Assembly: GCA_017938205.1 (NCBI GenBank)
Contig: JAGBCA010000014.1
Coordinates: 25,231-89,230, forward strand
Direction: 5' to 3'
DNA: 64,000 nucleotides
Origin: Clostridia bacterium
Lineage (GTDB): Bacteria > Bacillota > Clostridia > Oscillospirales > CAG-272
Position 1 is the stretch's first letter; every line of letters begins with the position of its first letter. The position numbers and the translations under genes are program-made. This document shows, piece by piece, positions 18,859-28,261 of the stretch. The notes beneath the pieces were generated by a model. The model was not told the DNA's origin. It did no database searches and saw nothing but the letters and a program-made list of their open reading frames with translations.

Positions 18859-19523
18859 CTCACCGCCTTATAGCCAAGGCCGCGCACGTTTTCGATGCGG
18901 AACTCCTCCCAGCCCTCAAAGCGCTTGCGCAATCGGCCGATATGCACCGTTACCGTTTCCCAGCCCGTTTCACATTCCAAGCCCCAGATCTCATCCATCA
19001 GCTGGATCTTCGTGAAGATCTTATCCGGATGCGAGAGAAGCTTGTAAAGAAGCATAAATTCCTTCTGAGGAAGCTCCACGCTCTGCCCATGTCCCGTGAC
19101 GGTCAATCCATCGTAATCCAGGGTCACCTCACCAACCGTGATGCGGTGACTTTGTGCAAGCCTTGCACGGTGCAGAAGGGAGCGGATGCGCAGCACGAGC
19201 TCCTCGGGATCGATGGGCTTGGACATATAATCGTCGATCCCTGCAATGAAGCCCTTTTTACGATCCTCAGGCAGCTGCTTTGCGGAGATCATCAAAACGA
19301 GCAGCTCCTTATTGCTTTCACGAAGGGTGCGCGTAAAAGCATAGCCGTCCATCCTCGGCATCATAATATCCACGATCACCAGATCAATATATTCCTTATC
19401 GTACACTGCGAGCGCGGCCTCACCGTTTTCGGCACAAAACACCTCAAAGCCCTCAAGCTCCAAAGCCTCCTTGATGAAAAAGCGCGTATTTTTATCGTCG
19501 TCCACAACGAGAATACGAAACAT
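18849..19523 (-). CDS. OmpR-family response regulator (HssR-like)
   Basis: ILVVDDD, DIMMPRMDG, GIDDYMSKP, TVTVHIGRLR, VRGLGYK. Confidence 0.93.
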   Translation of the reverse strand: MFRILVVDDDKNTRFFIKEALELEGFEVFCAENGEAALAVYDKEYIDLVIVDIMMPRMDGYAFTRTLRESNKELLVLMISAKQLPEDRKKGFIAGIDDYMSKPIDPEELVLRIRSLLHRARLAQSHRITVGEVTLDYDGLTVTGHGQSVELPQKEFMLLYKLLSHPDKIFTKIQLMDEIWGLECETGWETVTVHIGRLRKRFEGWEEFRIENVRGLGYKAVRCV

Positions 19524-19615
19524 AGAACGATCCTTTCCGGCGGCGCTGTGCCGCACAAAGAAATTCCTTTACGCTAATATTTTAGCACACATCTCTAAAA
19601 AAAGCAATTCCCCGC

Positions 19616-21139
19616 CTACATTAAAGGCGAAAAGATACGCAGAAGATCTCCGAGAAGGCGGCGAAGGATCCCTCCTCTGCACTCCTGTGCGCCGATCTCG
19701 CGGCTGATCGAAAGAATGCGTGCAAAATCCTCCTCCAAGGCAGCGGCGGTCTTTGCATCATAAACCACCGCACCGCATTCAAAATGGTAATAGAGGCTTC
19801 TGTAATCAAAATTGGTCGTTCCGACGATAGAGAGGCTCGTGTCCGCTACGAGAGTTTTGGAATGGATGAAGCCCTCCGAGTATTCATATATACGAACACC
19901 GCCCGCCGTCAGCTCTCTGTAATACGAGCGCGTTGCCATATGAACGAGCCGCTTGTCCGCGATATGCGGCGTTACGATGCGCACGTCCACGCCGCTTTTG
20001 GCGGCATTCACGAGAGCGTTTACCATTGCATCGTCCACGATAAAATACGGCGTTGTGATATATAGACTTTTCCTTGCAGCAGAGATGGCAGCGAGGTATA
20101 CCCCTTCCCCAACGGCAGACTCATCCAAGGGACTGTCTGCATAGGGCTGAACGAAGGCTCCTTGTGCCGTGGGAGTCACTGTGCTATGAGAAAAATAAGG
20201 CGTTGCATCCTCCGCCTTGCCGCGGCAGAGACAAAAATTCTCCATGAAGATCGCCGCAAAGGCTTGCGCACCCTTTCCGACGAGGCGAACAGCAGCATCC
20301 TTCCAATGTCCAAAGCGATCCACGGCGTTGATATATTCATCCGCAAGATTTGCGCCGCCCGTGAAGGCGATCTCCCCGTCGATCACGGCGATCTTGCGGT
20401 GGTCACGGTGATTATGCAAAGAGGTGAGAAGCGGACGGAAGGGATTAAAAACCTCGCATTCGATTTCCTCCTGCTCCATTTGCTTTGCAAAATCCGCAGG
20501 CAAGCGCAAAAAGCAGCCCACATCATCGTAGATCATACGCACCTTTACACCCGCGGCGGCTTTTTCTCTGAGGATCTCGTGCACCTGCTCCCACATGACA
20601 CCGTCCTCAACGATAAAATACTCAAGGAAGATATAGCGGCGCGCAGAGGAAAGCGCCTCGGTGAGCGCCTCCAGCATCGCCTCTCCGGACGGAAGATAGG
20701 TAACCTCGGTGCGGTCATACACCGGATATTTCTCCGCACAGGCAAGATAACGCAAAAGGCGCGTATGCTCGGGGTGGGTACGCTCGGCGTTGGCAAGCGT
20801 ATCGGGCGAGGGCGGCAGCTCGATATGCCCCGTCAGCCCCTTGACACCGCGGCGGATAAAGCGCGGGGATGCGCCGAGATGAAAGGTGAAATAGAAAAGT
20901 CCGCCGAATACGGGAAAGGCAAGGCACAAAACGATCCAAGGAAGGATCGCGATGCGCTTGTCCCGCTTCAAAACGATATGCACGATCACAGCGGCGGAAA
21001 GCACCCACATGGCAAATCCGATCCAGGGCGTTTTTGCCCACTGCGTCACGAGCAAGGCAAGAAACGCGATCTGCAAGAGGATCATGAACGCTACGATGAC
21101 TCGCCGATGAAAAAGGCGAAAAAGCCAACGTTTCTTCAT
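19616..21139 (-). CDS. cls: Cardiolipin synthase
   Basis: Two HKD motifs (HRKIAVID, HSKTLVAD), N-terminal TM helices, GTTNFDYRS. Confidence 0.92.
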   Translation of the reverse strand: MKKRWLFRLFHRRVIVAFMILLQIAFLALLVTQWAKTPWIGFAMWVLSAAVIVHIVLKRDKRIAILPWIVLCLAFPVFGGLFYFTFHLGASPRFIRRGVKGLTGHIELPPSPDTLANAERTHPEHTRLLRYLACAEKYPVYDRTEVTYLPSGEAMLEALTEALSSARRYIFLEYFIVEDGVMWEQVHEILREKAAAGVKVRMIYDDVGCFLRLPADFAKQMEQEEIECEVFNPFRPLLTSLHNHRDHRKIAVIDGEIAFTGGANLADEYINAVDRFGHWKDAAVRLVGKGAQAFAAIFMENFCLCRGKAEDATPYFSHSTVTPTAQGAFVQPYADSPLDESAVGEGVYLAAISAARKSLYITTPYFIVDDAMVNALVNAAKSGVDVRIVTPHIADKRLVHMATRSYYRELTAGGVRIYEYSEGFIHSKTLVADTSLSIVGTTNFDYRSLYYHFECGAVVYDAKTAAALEEDFARILSISREIGAQECRGGILRRLLGDLLRIFSPLM

Positions 21140-21269
21140 TTTTCCGATTTCTCCTTTTGGTTTTTTCTTTATTTTATCAGTTAAGTGTAAACTGTATATA
21201 AACGAAGAGAAAAAAATTACGTGCACACGCATCAAAATATGCGAAAAACGAGGCTTTTTCGATTTTTGA

Positions 21270-21298
21270 TTGACTTTTTCGTATTTTTTTAGTAAAAT
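21270..21298 (+). promoter_or_regulatory. sigma-A promoter upstream of the nagB operon
   Basis: TTGACT-17 bp-TAAAAT. Confidence 0.55.
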
Positions 21299-21428
21299 CT
21301 AAGGTGTGGCAATATCCACTCTACAAAAAGTTATTTTTGTTAATCGATTGGTTAGGATTGGATATTTCTTTCTGCAAAAATACCCTTTATAATAATATCA
21401 AAGGAGTCCCGAAAAGGAGATACATACC

Positions 21429-22187
21429 ATGAAATGCTTTACAAAGGACAAATTATCCGTTAAGATCTTTGAAAACCGCGATCTGATGGGCGCTGACGCC
21501 GCAAGGGACGTTGCCGCCTGCATCCGCGCGCTCCTCAAGGAAAAGGACGAGATCAATATGATCTTCGCCGCCGCGCCCTCGCAAAACGATCTGCTTGCAC
21601 ATCTTTGCGAGGAGGAGGGCATCGATTGGGGGCGCATCAACGCGTTCCACATGGACGAATATATTGGGCTTGATCCCAACGCTCCCCAGTGCTTCTCCAA
21701 TTTCCTTAAGAGAGGCATTTTCGACAAGAAGCCCTTCGGCTCCGTGAACCTCATCAATGCAGGTGCACAGAAGGATGCGGAGATCGAGCGTTATGCCGCC
21801 CTCCTCAAGGCACATCCGATCGACATCGTTTGCATGGGTATCGGCGAGAACGGACACATTGCATTCAACGATCCGCACGTGGCAGACTTTAACGATCCCG
21901 CGCTTGTGAAGGCGGTCTCGCTGGACGAGAAATGCAGACAGCAGCAGGTCAACGACGGATGCTTTGCGAAGATCGACGACGTGCCGAGATACGCTATGAC
22001 CTTGACCGTGCCGATGCTGATGAGCGCAACCTATAAGTTCTGCGTTGTTCCCGCACCCACGAAGGCTTGGGCCGTGAACGAGACCGTGAACGGCGAGATC
22101 GGCGAGGCCTGCCCCGCTACCGTTATGCGCGTGAGCGACAACTGCACGCTTTACTGCGATGCGGACAGCAGTGCACTTCTGAAATAA
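21429..22187 (+). CDS. nagB: Glucosamine-6-phosphate deaminase family protein
   Basis: FAAAPSQ, FHMDEYIGL, GIGENGHIAFNDP, CPAT. Confidence 0.85.
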   Translation: MKCFTKDKLSVKIFENRDLMGADAARDVAACIRALLKEKDEINMIFAAAPSQNDLLAHLCEEEGIDWGRINAFHMDEYIGLDPNAPQCFSNFLKRGIFDKKPFGSVNLINAGAQKDAEIERYAALLKAHPIDIVCMGIGENGHIAFNDPHVADFNDPALVKAVSLDEKCRQQQVNDGCFAKIDDVPRYAMTLTVPMLMSATYKFCVVPAPTKAWAVNETVNGEIGEACPATVMRVSDNCTLYCDADSSALLK

Positions 22188-22199
22188 AAGGAGAAATTT

Positions 22200-23045
22200 A
22201 TGCGTTTAGGCGTTATCACAGACGAGGTTTCTCAAGATTTTGAGGTTGCCCTCGATTTTGCAAAGACCTATGGGCTTGACTGCGTGGAGCTGCGCTCCGC
22301 TTATGAAAAAGGGCCTTTTGATTACACGGAGAAGGATATTTTACATATCAAAGCACTCTCCGATCGCTACGGCATTCCCGTAACGGCGATCTCCTCCCCT
22401 ATGTTCAAGTGCGAATATTCCGAGGAAAATATAAGGCTTCACACCGAGAAATTCAGGGCGCTTCTTTCCTTTGCAAAAATTCTCGGCGCAAAGAAGATCC
22501 GCTGCTTTGACTTTCTGAAAAACGAGAGCGTGACACGCGAGATGATCCGCGATGCTTATGCCGAGGCTTATGCTGCGGCGGAGGCGGCCGGTGTGACGAT
22601 CCTGATCGAATCCGAGCCGACGACCAACAGCACCTGCTGCGCTGACATTGCAGAGCTCGTGCGCTGTGTGGATCGCCCGTATTTCAAGGCGCTTTACGAT
22701 CCCGGCAACAACATCTACGCGACCGACGAGATCCCCTACCCCAATGGCTATCTTGCCATCCTTGATATGCTTGCACACGTGCATATCAAGGATGCAAGAC
22801 GCGAGGGCGGCGAAACGGTTGCCACCGCGGTCGGCGAGGGGGCGGTGGATTATCCTGCACTTTTTGCGGAGCTTACGCGCATCGGCTACGATGGAGATAT
22901 TATGCTCGAAACACATTACCGCATGGAGGGCGGCATTGACGATGCAACCCTCAAAAACCCCAAGGGTTCTGCCATTTCGGACGGCGGATATGCCCCCAGC
23001 TGTCTTTGCATGGAAAATCTTTTAAAGCTTCTTGGAAGAGAATAA
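22200..23045 (+). CDS. Sugar phosphate isomerase/epimerase (xylose-isomerase-like TIM barrel)
   Basis: GVITDEVSQD, IESE, YDPGN, HVHIKD, VGEGAVDY, MLETH. Confidence 0.85.
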   Translation: MRLGVITDEVSQDFEVALDFAKTYGLDCVELRSAYEKGPFDYTEKDILHIKALSDRYGIPVTAISSPMFKCEYSEENIRLHTEKFRALLSFAKILGAKKIRCFDFLKNESVTREMIRDAYAEAYAAAEAAGVTILIESEPTTNSTCCADIAELVRCVDRPYFKALYDPGNNIYATDEIPYPNGYLAILDMLAHVHIKDARREGGETVATAVGEGAVDYPALFAELTRIGYDGDIMLETHYRMEGGIDDATLKNPKGSAISDGGYAPSCLCMENLLKLLGRE

Positions 23046-23058
23046 AGGAGATATTACG

Positions 23059-23952
23059 ATGATCAAGATTGCAATTTTAGGAATTGAAAACAGCCACGCA
23101 TGGAGCTTTGCCTCCGCACTCGCCCCCAAGGAGGGAGAGAAACAGTTCCCTGATTTTGAGCTGATCGGCTTCTACGGCGAAAACGGCCGTGAGGACGTGG
23201 AGCGCGGAAAGATGAAGCTTGCAGAGGTTTGCACCTGCACGCGCTATGCCGATCATTACAATGATTTTCTTGGTGAAGCCGATGCCGTTATGGTAACTGC
23301 TCGCCACGGTGCGAACCATCTTAAGTACGCAAAAAAATATCTTGAGGCCGGCATTCCCGTTTGGCTTGACAAGCCCATCACGGCATCCGTTGAGGATTTT
23401 GTCGAGGTGGCAAGACTTGTCAAGAAGTATGGCAGTACCGTGACGGGCGGCTCGACGCTTTATTACACAAGCGGCATTACCGAAGCAAAGAAATTCATGC
23501 AAGAGAATCCCGATTTTGCCATTGGAGGTGCGGTGAGCGCACCCGTGAATATGGTGAATGATTACGGCAATTTCTGGTTTTATTCCCAGCACCTTGCGGA
23601 AATGATGCTTTCCGTTTTCGGAACAGATGTGAAATCTGTGATTGCGGTGAAGAACGCTGACAGCGTTTGTGCAATCTATAAGTATGAAAAATTCACTGTC
23701 AACGCATTTTACGGCGGCGACTACGCCATAACCATCTACGGCAAAGATCAGAAGAGCTTTGCACCCGGGGTGGATCTTAGCGACATAAACATAAAATATA
23801 ACGCCGAGCTCGTTCCCTTCCTGGATGCGATCAAGACCGGCAAGGTGGACAGAACTCTGGATTATCTCAAATATCCCGTGGCACTCATTGACGCTACTAT
23901 TCGCGCCTTCACCGAGGGTGGGGAGATCGACATCGTTGTTCCCGAAATTTAA
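23059..23952 (+). CDS. Gfo/Idh/MocA family NAD(P)-dependent oxidoreductase
   Basis: IAILGIENSHA, DAVMVTARHG, VWLDKP, FYSQH. Confidence 0.85.
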   Translation: MIKIAILGIENSHAWSFASALAPKEGEKQFPDFELIGFYGENGREDVERGKMKLAEVCTCTRYADHYNDFLGEADAVMVTARHGANHLKYAKKYLEAGIPVWLDKPITASVEDFVEVARLVKKYGSTVTGGSTLYYTSGITEAKKFMQENPDFAIGGAVSAPVNMVNDYGNFWFYSQHLAEMMLSVFGTDVKSVIAVKNADSVCAIYKYEKFTVNAFYGGDYAITIYGKDQKSFAPGVDLSDINIKYNAELVPFLDAIKTGKVDRTLDYLKYPVALIDATIRAFTEGGEIDIVVPEI

Positions 23953-23972
23953 CTTCCTAAAGAGGTAAGATC

Positions 23973-25151
23973 ATGGTCTACGCAATTCAAAACGGAAAAA
24001 TCATTGCAAAAGATAAGATCCTTGAGGGCTACACGCTCTATTTCGAGGGTGAGAAGATCCTTGCGATCACGAAGGATGCCTTGAAGGCTGACGAGGTGAT
24101 CGATGCAAAGGGACTCTTCGTTTCTCCCGGCTTTGTTGACACGCATACGCACGGTGCGGCGGGCTTTGACTTCCTTGACGGAACGGAGGAGGCCTTCCTG
24201 ACTGCGACCGCCTTTCAGGCAAAGCACGGCGCAACCACCGTGCTCCCTACGATTACATCCGCAAACCTTGACGATATGAGCCGCGCGCTGAAGGCTTACG
24301 AGCGCGTGAAGGACTCCAAAACACACGGCGCGCATATGCCCGGCGTGCATTTAGAGGGTCCCTACTTCGCGGCTGCGCAGGCGGGCGCACAGGATCCCAA
24401 ATATCTGCGTGATTTCACGCCCGAGGAATACAACGCCGTTTTTGCGCTTTCAAAGAATATTCTGCGCTGGTCTGCCGCACCCGAGCTTGCGGGGGCAGAG
24501 GAATTTGCGCGTGTAGCGATCCAGAACGGCTGTTTGCCCTGCATCGGACACAGCGATGCAGAGGACAAGGAGGTGCGCGATGCCTTCGAATGGGGCTTTA
24601 CGCATATCACGCATTTTTACAGCGGTTGCAGCATGGTACACAGAAAAAATGCGTATCGCTATACGGGCGTTGTGGAGGAGGGCTATCTCAACGACGGCAT
24701 GACCGTTGAGATCATTGCGGACGGATGCCATCTGCCCGCTTCCCTGCTAAAGCTGATCTGCAAGGTCAAGGGCACGGATAACGTTTGCCTTGTGACCGAC
24801 TCGATGCGTGCAGCAGGTATGCCCGAAGGTCCTTCCATCATCGGCAGCGCCGAGAATGGCATGGCCATTGTAATCGAGGATGGCGTTGCAAAGCTTCCCG
24901 ACCGCTCGGCCTTTGCAGGCAGCGTTGCCACGTCGGACAGACTCGTGCGCAATATGGTACAGCTTGCCGAGCTTCCCCTGACCGAGGCGGTGAAGATGGC
25001 GGCAACCACACCTGCACGCATTTTCGGTCTTACGGGCATCGGCGAGCTGAAGCCCGGCTACGATGCGGATATTCTGCTATTTAACGAAAATATCGATATT
25101 GAGATGACCTTTGTAAAAGGTAACTGCGTTTTTTCGCGGAACGAAAAATGA
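23973..25151 (+). CDS. nagA: N-acetylglucosamine-6-phosphate deacetylase
   Basis: PGFVDTHTHG, HLEGPY, APE, GHS, THFY, IADGCH, VTDSM, FAGS. Confidence 0.92.
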   Translation: MVYAIQNGKIIAKDKILEGYTLYFEGEKILAITKDALKADEVIDAKGLFVSPGFVDTHTHGAAGFDFLDGTEEAFLTATAFQAKHGATTVLPTITSANLDDMSRALKAYERVKDSKTHGAHMPGVHLEGPYFAAAQAGAQDPKYLRDFTPEEYNAVFALSKNILRWSAAPELAGAEEFARVAIQNGCLPCIGHSDAEDKEVRDAFEWGFTHITHFYSGCSMVHRKNAYRYTGVVEEGYLNDGMTVEIIADGCHLPASLLKLICKVKGTDNVCLVTDSMRAAGMPEGPSIIGSAENGMAIVIEDGVAKLPDRSAFAGSVATSDRLVRNMVQLAELPLTEAVKMAATTPARIFGLTGIGELKPGYDADILLFNENIDIEMTFVKGNCVFSRNEK

Positions 25152-25963
25152 CAAAGACACAGCCCTCGGATGCGCGCGGCATCGTTGTTTTTCATAACAA
25201 AAACACGCTTCCCTATATTGCCGTGCCGCATCTGCACAGCGAATATGAGATCTGCTATAATATTGAAGGCGGAAAGGGCTTTCTCGTTGGCGGAGAATTT
25301 TATAAGCTCGGACGGCGCGATCTGATCCTGATCCCCAAGGTGGTGGCACACAAGGTGCTCGTTTCTCCCCATGCGGAATACGAGCGGATCATCATCAACA
25401 TAGGCGATGATTCGCTCACCCGCCTGCGCGAACTGAAAAAAGACGGAAATATATCCGATTTTCTCACCGGGTGCGAGCATCCGAGAATGGTAACGCTTAA
25501 CAAAGAGCAGCACGAGCGATTGCTTGCGCTGATCGAAGACTACGGGATCGAAAACGGTGCAGAAGCGGTGCTATGCAAGCTGCTTGCCTTTCTGCGGGAT
25601 ACGCTTTCGCATTCAAAGCCTGCGGGACGGATGGAAAATGACGATCTTTCCTATGCTGACCGCGTTTTCTCGGTTATCGAAAGAAGCTTTGCGACCGTGA
25701 CCGTTTCGCAGATCGCGGAGCAGCTTTACCTCAACGAGGATCATATCTGCCGTGTTTTCAAGAAGGAGACCGGCGTTACGATCAAGCATTATCTGACGAG
25801 GCGTAAGCTTGCGGAGGCCAAGAAATATCTGTATCTCGGACACAATGTACGGGAGGCGGGTACACTTTCGGGCTTTCACGATTATGCGAATTTTATTCGC
25901 ACCTTTAAAAAATACGAGGGCTACAGCCCCGGAAATATGGAGGGGCTGGAAAAGCCGATCTAA
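25148..25963 (+). CDS. AraC family transcriptional regulator
   Basis: Cupin N-terminus (PHLHSEYE) and C-terminal HTH (FKKETG...GFHDYANFIRTFKKYEGYSP). Confidence 0.9.
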   Translation: MTKTQPSDARGIVVFHNKNTLPYIAVPHLHSEYEICYNIEGGKGFLVGGEFYKLGRRDLILIPKVVAHKVLVSPHAEYERIIINIGDDSLTRLRELKKDGNISDFLTGCEHPRMVTLNKEQHERLLALIEDYGIENGAEAVLCKLLAFLRDTLSHSKPAGRMENDDLSYADRVFSVIERSFATVTVSQIAEQLYLNEDHICRVFKKETGVTIKHYLTRRKLAEAKKYLYLGHNVREAGTLSGFHDYANFIRTFKKYEGYSPGNMEGLEKPI

Positions 25964-26002
25964 TTCGGCTTTTTCACCTTTTTTTGCTTTTTAAGGAATA
26001 CT

Positions 26003-26998
26003 ATGATATACAGGACACCGAAATATACGAAATCCTTCCAATGCACGGCAGACAAATGCCGCGACAGCTGCTGCATCGGTTGGGAGATCACCGTGGATGC
26101 AAGAACGCTTGCAAAATACAAGAGAATGCGCGGCGCACTCGGAGAGGATATAAGGAAAAGCCTTTCGCCCGACGGGTGCTTTTTGCTCGGAGAGAATATG
26201 CGATGCCCGCACCTGCTTAAAAACGGGCTTTGCCGCATCATCTGCGAAAAGGGAGATGCGGCACTTTGCGACATTTGCCGCGAGCATCCGAGATTTTATA
26301 ATTATTATGGCGATCTTTGCGAATGGGGCGTTGGGCTTGCCTGTGAGAGCGCGGCGCAGCTGATCCTCTCGGCAAAGGCGCCGCTTGCCTTCGAAGAGGA
26401 GGAAAAAGAGGGGGAGGTCGAGGACTGCGACGAGGCGCTCCTTTCCCTGCTTTTCTCGGAGAGAGAGAAAATGCTTGCGTTTGCTTTGGATGAAAAACGC
26501 GGCCTTTCGGAAAAGCTCTTTATTCTTGAATCATGGGCGGAAGATCTGCAGGAATTTATTGATAATGCGGATATATGCAAAGAATTGTTTGTATTTTGTG
26601 CAGAAAATCAAGATATTCAGTCATTTTTCACCGAAGATAGATTTGCAAAATATAGAAAAATCATTTTATCGCTTGAGCCGCTTTCAGAGCTTTGGACGGC
26701 ACGGTGCGAGAACGTTTCTTTGCCGATCCATACAGACGAAAACGGCGCGATCTTTTCACGCCTTTTGGCATATTTTATTTTCCGATATTTCCTATCCTCC
26801 GCGATGGAGGGAGATTGCACGGCGGGCATGGGGCTTGCTCTCTTCTCTGCCGCGTGGATCTTGGCGATTTGCGAAAGCGAGGGACGGACAACTCTCGAAG
26901 GGATCGCGGAGGCGGCGAAGGATTTTTCCAAGGAAGCAGAATACAGCGAAGACAACCGCGATGCGGTATTAGAGGCCTTTTCTGCGTTCAACGGATAG
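26003..26998 (+). CDS. fliB: FliB-like (flagellin lysine-N-methylase family) protein
   Basis: FQCTADKCRDSCCIGWEITVD, CPHL..GLC, CDICREHPR, LACE, SKEAEYS. Confidence 0.8.
   Translation: MIYRTPKYTKSFQCTADKCRDSCCIGWEITVDARTLAKYKRMRGALGEDIRKSLSPDGCFLLGENMRCPHLLKNGLCRIICEKGDAALCDICREHPRFYNYYGDLCEWGVGLACESAAQLILSAKAPLAFEEEEKEGEVEDCDEALLSLLFSEREKMLAFALDEKRGLSEKLFILESWAEDLQEFIDNADICKELFVFCAENQDIQSFFTEDRFAKYRKIILSLEPLSELWTARCENVSLPIHTDENGAIFSRLLAYFIFRYFLSSAMEGDCTAGMGLALFSAAWILAICESEGRTTLEGIAEAAKDFSKEAEYSEDNRDAVLEAFSAFNG
26576..26593. repeat. 18-bp near-palindrome TGCAAAGAATTGTTTGTA (copy 2 of 4), intragenic
   Basis: 17/18 identical to the copy at 3814; lies in an AT-rich patch of the FliB-like gene. 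Confidence 0.55.
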
Positions 26999-27030
26999 AA
27001 TTTTTGGGTAAGAAAAACGCCGTTTTTCCC

Positions 27031-27059
27031 TTTACATTTTGATAGCTTTATGGTATACT
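27031..27059 (+). promoter_or_regulatory. sigma-A promoter (extended -10)
   Basis: TTTACA-17 bp-TATACT with TG upstream of the -10. Confidence 0.55.
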
Positions 27060-27090
27060 GTGGTATAAAAACGATCGGTGAGGTATCTTT

Positions 27091-28170
27091 ATGTGTAATA
27101 TTGCGGGATATATTGGGAAAAAGCAAGCCGCGCCCATTCTGCTGGATATGATCCGCCGCCAGGAGCATTACGACGGAAGCGCCGGCACGGGCATTGCAAC
27201 CGTGCATAACGGCATTCTTTACTCTGCGAAAGTTGTTGGTGACGTGGAAACGCTGATCCGCGAGACCGATGCTCTTAACTTTCCCGGCACGATTGGTATT
27301 GCGCACTCCCGTCCCGGCGGAAATATTCAGTGCCAGATGCATCCTTTTTTGGATTTTTCAAAGTCGCTTGCCCTAGTGGCAAACGGCACGTTTGCCACCA
27401 CGAATACGGACGAATATAAGGCGATCACGCAAAAAATCATGCATGGGCATTATTATGAAGGAAGGATCCCTGACAGTGCCGTTCCCGGCAATGATCCAAA
27501 TGCGCTATTTTCCCTTCCCGACGGCTCGGGCTATCACGGCACGCATTCCTATGCGATCCGCGTTGGCGATTTTATGAGAGAGGGTGCCTCGATCTGCGAA
27601 GCAATGGCTAAGGCCTTTACCGAGCGGCCGAACGGCATTGTTTCCATTGCGCTTTCCAAAAACGAGCCCGACACCATTGCGATCGCAAAGATGGACCGTC
27701 CGATGAGCGTTGGCCTCATTGGCGATGAGACCTACATTGCGACTACGCAATTCGGTTTTCCCGAGGATATGCGCTTCGACACCGTGTTCCGCACACCCGA
27801 ATGCACCGTTTGTGCCGTGAAGGCAGGCGAGCTGACGATCACGCGCCATCGCATCGGAAATATGCACATGGAGCTGATTACCGCCGACATCTACAAGAAG
27901 GCTTACGATCTGACGGAAAGCTACCTCAAGGGGCAAAAGGACGATCCAAAGAACCTTTGGGATCTCGAAAAAATGTACGAGACCGAATGGCGGCACATCT
28001 GGCGCGAGATCAACTCCGATTGCGTTTTCTACAAAGAGGACAGACTCTTTAAGCCCTACGCGGAGCTTTCCTATATGGTGCTCTTCGGTATGCATCAAGA
28101 GGGCAAGCTCAAAAAGGTGATGAAAAAACGCGCAGACAAGTATGATATGTGGTATTTTTATCTGGATTGA
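27091..28170 (+). CDS. Stand-alone class II glutamine amidotransferase (Ntn hydrolase) domain protein
   Basis: MCNIAGY (Cys2 nucleophile), GIAHSRP, HPF, VANG; no SIS or PRTase domain follows. Confidence 0.75.
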   Translation: MCNIAGYIGKKQAAPILLDMIRRQEHYDGSAGTGIATVHNGILYSAKVVGDVETLIRETDALNFPGTIGIAHSRPGGNIQCQMHPFLDFSKSLALVANGTFATTNTDEYKAITQKIMHGHYYEGRIPDSAVPGNDPNALFSLPDGSGYHGTHSYAIRVGDFMREGASICEAMAKAFTERPNGIVSIALSKNEPDTIAIAKMDRPMSVGLIGDETYIATTQFGFPEDMRFDTVFRTPECTVCAVKAGELTITRHRIGNMHMELITADIYKKAYDLTESYLKGQKDDPKNLWDLEKMYETEWRHIWREINSDCVFYKEDRLFKPYAELSYMVLFGMHQEGKLKKVMKKRADKYDMWYFYLD

Positions 28171-28186
28171 CTTTTATATTTAGACG

Positions 28187-28225
28187 AAAACAAGGCAATG
28201 CGCCACGGCGCATTGCCTTGTTTTT
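28187..28225. terminator. Bidirectional intrinsic terminator
   Basis: AAAACAAGGCAATGCGCC-ac-GGCGCATTGCCTTGTTTTT. Confidence 0.85.
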
Positions 28226-28235
28226 ACTTATGGTC

Positions 28236-28261
28236 GGACAGTCGAGGACGCCTGTCCCTAC
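28236..28261 (-). repeat. GTAG-type REP-like palindrome
   Basis: Minus strand reads GTAG-GGACAGGCG-TCCT-CGACTGTCC, a GTAG tetranucleotide directly 5' of an imperfect hairpin. Confidence 0.6.
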
